DNA of 8,569 nucleotides, from contig JBHGNT010001430.1 in assembly GCA_043228905.1 (NCBI GenBank), positions 1 through 8,569 on the forward strand, written 5' to 3'. The notes beneath the pieces are model-generated. The model was not told the origin of the DNA. It saw only the letters and a program-made list of their open reading frames with translations, and ran no database searches. Of this stretch, positions 1 through 8,569 are shown one piece after another. The translations under genes were made by a program, and so were the position numbers. Origin of the DNA: Azolla caroliniana (lineage: Eukaryota > Plantae > Polypodiophyta). Within the stretch, counting starts at the first letter, position 1. Every line of letters starts with the position of its first letter.

Positions 1-178
1 CACGATTTTTTAATTCTATATCATAGCTAGCCTTGTTAGTTTCGATTCGCATGTTTGAACACAGAAATCCGATATCACACGAGCCAGGTATGACCATTTT
101 AATTTACTCACTGGCTCTTCTCAACTCCCTCCTCAAATATGCTAATTTCCTCATGTCTCTCGACCTGAGTTTCAAAAT
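1..178 (+). repeat. Representative monomer M1 (anchor type 'cacgatttttt'), recurring at 2491, 4449 and 8544 (partial)
   Basis: 1-178, 2491-2668 and 4449-4626 read as identical by eye, and each is followed by the distinctive 'cacgaatttt...taggc' monomer. Confidence 0.95.
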
Positions 179-1066
179 CACGAATTTTAATTCTATATCA
201 TAGCTAGGCTTGTTAGTTTCGATTCGCATGTTTGAACACAGAAATCCGATATCACACGAGCCAGGTATGACCATTTTAATTTACTCACTCGCTCTTCTCA
301 ACTCCCTCCTCCAACATGCTAATTTTCTCATGTCTTTCGACGTCAGTTTCAAAATCTTGATTTTTTAATTCTATATCATAGCTAGCCTTGTTAGCTTCGA
401 TTTGCATGTTTGAACACAGAAATCCGATATCACACGAGCCAGATATGACCATTTTAATTTACTCACACGCTCTTCTCAACTCCCTCCTCAAATATGCTAA
501 TTTCGGCATGTCTCTCGACCTGAGTTTCAAAATCTTGATTTTTTAATTCTATATCATAGCTAGCCTTGTTAGTTTCGATTCGCATGTTTGAACACAGAAA
601 TCCGATATCACACGAGCCAGGTATGACCATTTTAATTTACTCACTCGCTCTTCTCAACTCCCTCCTCCAACATGCTAATTTTCTCATGTCTTTCGACGTC
701 AGTTTCAAAATCTTGATTTTTTAATTCTATATCATAGCTAGCCTTGTTAGCTTCGATTTGCATGTTTGAACACAGAAATCCGATATCACACGAGCCAGGT
801 ATGACCATTTTAATTTACTCACTGGCTCTTCTCAACTCCCTCCTCAAATATGCTAATTTCGGCATGTCTCTCGACCTGAGTTTCAAAATCTTGATTTTTT
901 AATTCTATATCATAGCTAGCCTTGTTAGTTTCGATTCGCATGTTTGAACACAGAAATCCGATATCACACGAGCCAGGTATGACCATTTTAATTTACTCAC
1001 TCGCTCTTCTCAACTCCCTCCTCCAACATGCTAATTTCCTCATGTCTTTCGACGTCAGTTTCAAAT
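1..1066 (+). repeat. Higher-order 6-monomer block of GACC-type monomers, copy 1 (copies 2 and 3 at 2491-3558 and 4449-5516)
   Basis: The same ordered series of diagnostic variants appears in all three copies: cacgat / cacgaa+taggc / gatttgc+cacacg+ttcggc / ccaac+tttct+gacgtca / ttcggc / ccaac+ttcct. Confidence 0.9.
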
Positions 1067-3558
1067 CTTGATTTTTTAATTCTATATCATAGCTAGCGTT
1101 GTTAGCTTCGATTCGCATGTTTGAACACAGAAATCCGATATCACACGAGCCAGGTATGAACATTTTAATTTACTCACTAGCTCTTCTCAACTCCCTCCTC
1201 AAATATTGTAATTTCTTCATGTCTCTCGACCTGAGTTTCAAAGTCTCGATTATTTAATTCTATATCATAGCTAGCGTTGTTATCTTCGATTCGCATGTTT
1301 GAACACAAAAATCCGATATCACACGTGCCAGGTATGAACATTTTAATTTACTCACTAGCTCTTCTCAACTCCCTCCTCAAATATTCTAATTTCCTCATGT
1401 CGCTCGACCTGAGTTTCAAAATCTCGATTTTTTAATTCTATATCATAGCTAGCGTTGTTAGCTTCGATTCGCATGTTTGAACACAAAAATCCGATATCAC
1501 ACGAGCCAGGTATGAACATTTTAATTTACTCACTAGCTCTTCTCAACTCCCTCCTCAAATATTGTAATTTCTTCATGTCTCTCGACCTGAGTTTCAAAAT
1601 CTCGATTATTTAATTCTATATCATAGCTAGCGTTGTTATCTTCGATTCGCATGTTTGAACACAAAAATCCGATATCACACGTGCCAGGTCTGAACATTTT
1701 AATTTACTCACTAGCTCTTCTCAACTCCCTCCTCAAATATTGTAATTTCTTCATGTCTCTCGACCTGAGTTTCAAAATCTCGATTATTTAAGTCTATATC
1801 ATAGCTAGCGTTCTTATCTTCGATTCGCATGTTTGAACACAAAAATCCGATATCAGACGTGCCAGGTATGAACATTTTAATTTACTCACTGGCTCTTCTC
1901 AACTCCTTCTTGAAATACGCTAATTTCCTCATGTCTCTCGACCTGAATTTCAAAATCTCGATTTTTTAATTCTATATCATAGCTAGCGTTGTTAGCTTCG
2001 ATTTGCATGTTTGAACACAAAAATCCGATATCACACGAGCCAGGTATGAACATTTTAATTTACTCACTAGCTCTTCTCAACTCCCTCCTCAAATATTGTA
2101 ATTTCTTCATGTCTCTCGACCTGAGTTTCAAAGTCTCGATTATTTAATTCTATATCATAGCTAGCGTTGTTATCTTCGATTCGCATGTTTGAACACAAAA
2201 ATCCGATATCACACGTGCCAGGTATGAACATTTTAATTTACTCACTAGCTCTTCTCAACTCCCTCCTCAAATATTCTAATTTCCTCATGTCGCTCGACTT
2301 GAGTTTCAAAATCTCGATTTTTTAATTCTATATCATAGATAGCGTTGTTAGCTTCGATTCACATGTTTGAACAAAGAAATCCGATATCACACAAGCCAGG
2401 TATGACCATTTTAATTTACTCACTGGCTCTTCTCAACTCCCTCCTCAAATATGCTAATTTCCTCATGTCTCTCGACCTGAGTTTCAAAATCACGATTTTT
2501 TAATTCTATATCATAGCTAGCCTTGTTAGTTTCGATTCGCATGTTTGAACACAGAAATCCGATATCACACGAGCCAGGTATGACCATTTTAATTTACTCA
2601 CTGGCTCTTCTCAACTCCCTCCTCAAATATGCTAATTTCCTCATGTCTCTCGACCTGAGTTTCAAAATCACGAATTTTTAATTCTATATCATAGCTAGGC
2701 TTGTTAGTTTCGATTCGCATGTTTGAACACAGAAATCCGATATCACACGAGCCAGGTATGACCATTTTAATTTACTCACTCGCTCTTCTCAACTCCCTCC
2801 TCCAACATGCTAATTTTCTCATGTCTTTCGACGTCAGTTTCAAAATCTTGATTTTTTAATTCTATATCATAGCTAGCCTTGTTAGCTTCGATTTGCATGT
2901 TTGAACACAGAAATCCGATATCACACGAGCCAGATATGACCATTTTAATTTACTCACACGCTCTTCTCAACTCCCTCCTCAAATATGCTAATTTCGGCAT
3001 GTCTCTCGACCTGAGTTTCAAAATCTTGATTTTTTAATTCTATATCATAGCTAGCCTTGTTAGTTTCGATTCGCATGTTTGAACACAGAAATCCGATATC
3101 ACACGAGCCAGGTATGACCATTTTAATTTACTCACTCGCTCTTCTCAACTCCCTCCTCCAACATGCTAATTTTCTCATGTCTTTCGACGTCAGTTTCAAA
3201 ATCTTGATTTTTTAATTCTATATCATAGCTAGCCTTGTTAGCTTCGATTTGCATGTTTGAACACAGAAATCCGATATCACACGAGCCAGGTATGACCATT
3301 TTAATTTACTCACACGCTCTTCTCAACTCCCTCCTCAAATATGCTAATTTCGGCATGTCTCTCGACCTGAGTTTCAAAATCTTGATTTTTTAATTCTATA
3401 TCATAGCTAGCCTTGTTAGTTTCGATTCGCATGTTTGAACACAGAAATCCGATATCACACGAGCCAGGTATGACCATTTTAATTTACTCACTCGCTCTTC
3501 TCAACTCCCTCCTCCAACATGCTAATTTCCTCATGTCTTACGACGTGAGTTTCAAAAT

Positions 3559-4448
3559 CTTGATTTTTAAATTCTATATCAAAGCTAGCGTTGTTAGCTT
3601 CGATTCGCATGTTTGAACAGAGAAATCGGATATCACACGTGCCAGATTTGACCAGTTTAATTTACTCACTCGCTCTTCTCAACTCCCTCCTCAAATATGC
3701 TAATTTCCTCATGTCTCTCGACCTGAGTTTCAAAATCTCGATTTTTTAATTCTATGTCATAGCTAGCCTTGTTAGCTTCGATTCGCATGTTTGAACACAG
3801 AAATCCGATATCACACGAGCCAGGTATGACCATTTTAATTTACTCACTCGCTCTTCTCAACTCCCTCCTCCAACATGCTAATTTCCTCATGTCTTTCGAC
3901 GTCAGTTTCAAAATCTCAATTTTTTAATTCTATGTCATAGCTAGCCTTGTTAGCTTCGATTCGCATGTTTGAACACAGAAATCCGATATCACACGAGCCA
4001 GGTATGAACATTTTAATTTACTCACTAGCTCTTCTCAACTCCCTCCTCAAATATTGTAATTTCTTCATGTCTCTCGACCTGAGTTTTAAAATCTCGATTA
4101 TTTAATTCTATATCATAGCTAGCGTTGTTATCTTCGATTCGCATGTTTGAACACAAAAATCCGATATCACACGTGCCAGGTATGAACATTTTAATTTACT
4201 CACTAGCTCTTCTCAACTCCCTCCTCAAATATTCTAATTTCCTCATGTCGCTCGACCTGAGTTTCAAAATCTCGATTTTTTAATTCTATATCATAGCTAG
4301 CGTTGTTAGCTTCGATTCGCATGTTTGAACAGAGAAATCCGATATCACACAAGCCAGGTATGACCATTTTAATTTACTCACTGGCTCTTCTCAACTCCCT
4401 CCTCAAATATGCTAATTTCCTCATGTCTCTCGACCTGAGTTTCAAAAT
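3559..4448 (+). repeat. 5-monomer higher-order block (M21-M25), repeated 4095 bp downstream at 7654-8543 (M44-M48)
   Basis: Both copies share the rare monomer with tttttaaattc/tcaaagc/aaatcgg/tttgaccagttt, two ctatgtcatag monomers, and a closing acagagaaa+cacaagcc monomer. M24 and M47 differ in their 3' halves. Confidence 0.9.
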
Positions 4449-5160
4449 CACGATTTTTTAATTCTATATCATAGCTAGCCTTGTTAGTTTCGATTCGCAT
4501 GTTTGAACACAGAAATCCGATATCACACGAGCCAGGTATGACCATTTTAATTTACTCACTGGCTCTTCTCAACTCCCTCCTCAAATATGCTAATTTCCTC
4601 ATGTCTCTCGACCTGAGTTTCAAAATCACGAATTTTTAATTCTATATCATAGCTAGGCTTGTTAGTTTCGATTCGCATGTTTGAACACAGAAATCCGATA
4701 TCACACGAGCCAGGTATGACCATTTTAATTTACTCACTCGCTCTTCTCAACTCCCTCCTCCAACATGCTAATTTTCTCATGTCTTTCGACGTCAGTTTCA
4801 AAATCTTGATTTTTTAATTCTATATCATAGCTAGCCTTGTTAGCTTCGATTTGCATGTTTGAACACAGAAATCCGATATCACACGAGCCAGGTATGACCA
4901 TTTTAATTTACTCACACGCTCTTCTCAACTCCCTCCTCAAATATGCTAATTTCGGCATGTCTCTCGACCTGAGTCTCAAAATCTTGATTTTTTAATTCTA
5001 TATCATAGCTAGCCTTGTTAGTTTCGATTCGCATGTTTGAACACAGAAATCCGATATCACACGAGCCAGGTATGACCATTTTAATTTACTCACTCGCTCT
5101 TCTCAACTCCCTCCTCCAACATGCTAATTTTCTCATGTCTTTCGACGTCAGTTTCAAAAT

Positions 5161-7653
5161 CTGGATTTTTTAATTCTATATCATAGCTAGCCTTGTTAGC
5201 TTCGATTGGCATGTTTGAACACAGAAATCCGATATCACACGAGCCAGGTATGACCATTTTAATTTACTCACACGCTCTTCTCAACTCCCTCCTCAAATAT
5301 GCTAATTTCGGCATGTCTCTCGACCTGAGTTTCAAAATCTTGATTTTTTAATTCTATATCATAGCTAGCCTTGTTAGTTTCGATTCGCATGTTTGAACAC
5401 AGAAATCCGATATCACACGAGCCAGGTATGACCATTTTAATTTACTCACTCGCTCTTCTCAACTCCCTCCTCCAACATGCTAATTTCCTCATGTCTTTCG
5501 ACGTCAGTTTCAAAATCTTGATTTTTTAATTCTATATCATAGCTAGCGTTGTTAGCTTCGATTCGCATGTTTGAACACAGAAATCCGATATCACACGAGC
5601 CAGGTATGAACATTTTAATTTACTCACTAGCTCTTCTCAACTCCCTCCTCAAATATTGTAATTTCTTCATGTCTCTCGACCTGAGTTTTAAAATCTCGAT
5701 TATTTAATTCTATATCATAGCTAGCGTTGTTATCTTCGATTCGCATGTTTGAACACAAAAATCCGATATCAGACGTCCCAGGTATGAACATTTTAATTTT
5801 ACTGACTGGCTCTTCTCAACTCCTTCTTGAAATACGCTAATTTCCTCATGTCTCTCGACCTGAGTTTCAAAATCTCAATTTTTTAATTCTATATCATAGC
5901 TAGCGTTGTTAGCTTCGATTCGCATGTTTGAACACAAAAATCCGATATCACACGAGCCAGGTATGAACATTTTAATTTACTCACTAGCTCTTCTCAACTC
6001 CCTCCTCAAATATTGTAATTTCTTCATGTCTCTCGACCTGAGTTTCAAAATCTCGATTATTTAATTCTATATCATAGCTAGCGTTGTTATCTTCGATTCG
6101 CATGTTTGAACACAAAAATCCGATATCACACGTGCCAGGTCTGAACATTTTAATTTACTGACTGGCTCTTCTCAACTCCTTCTTGAAATATGCTAATTTC
6201 CTCATCTCTCTCGACCTGAGTTTCAAAATCTCGATTTTTTAATTCTATATGATAGCTAGCGTTGTTAGCTTCGATTCGCATGTTTGAACACAAAAATCCG
6301 ATATCACACGAGCCAGGTATGAACATTTTAATTTACTCACTACCTCTTCTCAACTCCCTCCTCAAATATTGTAATTTCCTCATGTCTTTCGACGTCAGTT
6401 TCAAAATCTTGATTTTTTAATTCTATATCATAGCTAGCCTTGTTAGCTTCGATTTGCATGTTTGAACACAGAAATCCGATATCACACGAGCCAGGTATGA
6501 CCATTTTAATTTACTCACTGGCTCTTCTCAACTCCCTCTTCAAATATGCTAATTTCGGCATGTCTCTCGACCTGAGTTTCAAAATCTTGATTTTTTAATT
6601 CTATATCATAGCTAGCCTTGTTAGTTTCGATTCGCATGTTTGAACACAGAAATCCGATATCACACGAGCCAGGTATGACCATTTTAATTTACTCACTCGC
6701 TCTTCTCAACTCCCTCCTCCAACATGCTAATTTCCTCATGTCTTTCGACGTCAGTTTCAAAATCTTGATTTTTTAATTCTATATCATAGCTAGCGTTGTT
6801 AGCTTCGATTCGCATGTTTGAACACAGAAATCCGATATCACACGAGCCAGGTATGAACATTTTAATTTACTCACTAGCTCTTCTCAACTCCCTCCTCAAA
6901 TATTGTAATTTCTTCATGTCTCTCGACCTGAGTTTTAAAATCTCGATTATTTAATTCTATATCATAGCTAGCGTTGTTATCTTCGATTCGCATGTTTGAA
7001 CACAAAAATCCGATATCAGACGTCCCAGGTATGAACATTTTAATTTACTGACTGGCTCTTCTCAACTCCTTCTTGAAATACGCTAATTTCCTCATGTCTC
7101 TCGACCTGAGTTTCAAAATCTCAATTTTTTAATTCTATATCATAGCTAGCGTTGTTAGCTTCGATTCGCATGTTTGAACACAAAAATCCGATATCACACG
7201 AGCCAGGTATGAACATTTTAATTTACTCACTAGCTCTTCTCAACTCCCTCCTCAAATATTGTAATTTCTTCATGTCTCTCGACCTGAGTTTCAAAATCTC
7301 GATTATTTAATTCTATATCATAGCTAGCGTTGTTATCTTCGATTCGCATGTTTGAACACAAAAATCCGATATCACACGTGCCAGGTCTGAACATTTTAAT
7401 TTACTGACTGGCTCTTCTCAACTCCTTCTTGAAATATGCTAATTTCCTCATGTCTCTCGACCTGAGTTTCAAAATCTCGATTTTTTAATTCTATATGATA
7501 GCTAGCGTTGTTAGCTTCGATTCGCATGTTTGAACACAAAAATCCGATATCACACGAGCCAGGTATGAACATTTTAATTTACTCACTAGCTCTTCTCAAC
7601 TCCCTCCTCAAATATTCTAATTTCCTCATGTCTTTCGACGTGAGTTTCAAAAT
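5161..7653 (+). repeat. Tandem duplication of a 7-monomer (~1246 bp) higher-order unit: 5161-6407 and 6408-7653
   Basis: Rare variants recur at a 1246/1247-bp offset: gttttaaaat, agacgtccc+tgactgg (M33/M40), ctcaattt (5874/7120), ggtctg+tgactgg (M35/M42), tatgatag (M36/M43). Confidence 0.9.
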
Positions 7654-8569
7654 CTTGATTTTTAAATTCTATATCAAAGCTAGCGTTGTTAGCTTCGATT
7701 CGCATGTTTGAACAGAGAAATCGGATATCACACGTGCCAGGTTTGACCAGTTTAATTTACTCACTCGCTCTTCTCAACTCCCTCCTCAAATATGCTAATT
7801 TCCTCATGTCTCTCGACCTGAGTTTCAAAATCTCGATTTTTTAATTCTATGTCATAGCTAGCCTTGTTAGCTTCGATTCGCATGTTTGAACACAGAAATC
7901 CGATATCACACGAGCCAGGTATGACCATTTTAATTTACTCACTCGCTCTTCTCAACTCCCTCCTCCAACATGCTAATTTCCTCATGTCTTTCGACGTCAG
8001 TTTCAAAATCTCAATTTTTTAATTCTATGTCATAGCTAGCCTTGTTAGCTTCGATTCGCATGTTTGAACACAAAAATCCGATATCACACGAGCCAGGTAT
8101 GAACATTTTAATTTACTCACTAGCTCTTCTCAACTCCCTCCTCAAATATTGTAATTTCTTCATGTCTCTCGACCTGAGTTTTAAAATCTCGATTATTTAA
8201 TTCTATATCATAGCTAGCGTTGTTATCTTCGATTCGCATGTTTGAACACAAAAATCCGATATCACACGTGCCAGGTATGAACATTTTAATTTACTCACTG
8301 GCTCTTCTCAACTCCTTCTTGAAATACGCTAATTTCCTCATGTCTCTCGACCTGAGTTTCAAAATCTTAATTTTTTAATTCTATATCATAGCTAGCGTTG
8401 TTAGCTTCGATTCGCATGTTTGAACAGAGAAATCCGATATCACACAAGCCAGGTATGACCATTTTAATTTACTCACTGGCTCTTCTCAACTCCCTCCTCA
8501 AATATGCTAATTTCCTCATGTCTCTCGACCTGAGTTTCAAAATCACGATTTTTTAATTCTATATCATAG

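Larger units (their letters stand above)
1..8569. repeat. Tandem satellite DNA array with a 178-bp monomer (48 full copies + 1 partial), uninterrupted and in a single orientation
   Basis: The unit cNNgattttttaattctatatcatagctagc...catgtttgaacac...gatatcacacg...ctcttctcaactccctcctc...gagtttcaaaat restarts at 1, 179, 356, 534, 712, 890, 1067, 1245, 1423, 1601 ... 8188, 8366, 8544. Copies differ by only a few to about 15 substitutions. The array runs off both window ends. Confidence 0.99.
1..8569. other. Probable centromeric/pericentromeric heterochromatic satellite of a eukaryote (family not identified)
   Basis: Inference. The monomer is about one nucleosome plus linker long (compare Arabidopsis CEN178 and primate 171-bp alpha satellite), AT-rich, and organised in higher-order repeats. 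I see no sequence identity to those families. A subtelomeric or interstitial satellite cannot be excluded. Confidence 0.6.

Noticed and set aside
40-56. CENP-B box-like TTCG motif (tttcgattcgcatgttt)
   Set aside because: It lacks the A..CGGG part of the canonical TTCG....A..CGGG box. I saw no CGGG or CCCG in the monomers.
115-134. G-quadruplex on the minus strand (GAGGAGGGAG)
   Set aside because: Each monomer has only one GGG run, which is not enough for a canonical G4.
1-178. Assignment to Arabidopsis CEN178, alpha satellite, or a 5S rRNA/tRNA tandem array
   Set aside because: Only the length is similar. I recognise no diagnostic sequence of these families, no 5S coding region and no tRNA cloverleaf. 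A BLAST, Dfam or PlantSat search of the consensus is needed to name the family.
3413-3616. 67-aa ORF on the + strand
   Set aside because: It is a translation of satellite sequence. It passes the length cutoff only because the M21 variant ttttttaa>tttttaaa removes the usual TAA. It starts at TTG and has no recognisable domain or gene context.
7508-7711. Second 67-aa ORF on the + strand
   Set aside because: Same artefact at the sister monomer M44, 4095 bp (23 monomers) downstream. It is useful only as an HOR marker.
1-8569. CRISPR array or other repeat-spacer/cassette system
   Set aside because: There are no unique spacers. The whole 178-bp unit repeats with point variants only, and no cas, integrase or other genes are present.
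1-8569. Long repeat-protein CDS on either strand
   Set aside because: 178 is not a multiple of 3, stop codons are frequent, and the ORF track shows nothing longer than 67 aa.

Overview
The entire window is a head-to-tail tandem satellite array. It holds 48 complete monomers of 178 bp (45 of exactly 178 bp, two of 177 bp, one of 179 bp) plus a 26-bp partial copy, at about 38% GC (hand count, monomer 1). The monomer size and organisation are typical of eukaryotic centromeric or pericentromeric satellite DNA, as in many plants, but I do not recognise the family or species. I found no genes, RNA genes, transposons or CRISPR array, and the two 67-aa ORFs are by-products of the repeat. The notable structure lies in the variant pattern. 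Two monomer subfamilies (GACC-type and GAAC-type) occur in alternating blocks, each with a 356-bp dimer alternation. Above this are irregular higher-order repeats: anchor spacings of 14, 11 and 23 monomers, a 7-mer tandem duplication, and chimeric monomers at the switch points. The monomer junction carries a dyad, there is a possible 89-bp half-monomer ancestry, and several variants are CpG transitions. Monomer numbering M1-M49 starts at position 1. All alignments were done by eye.
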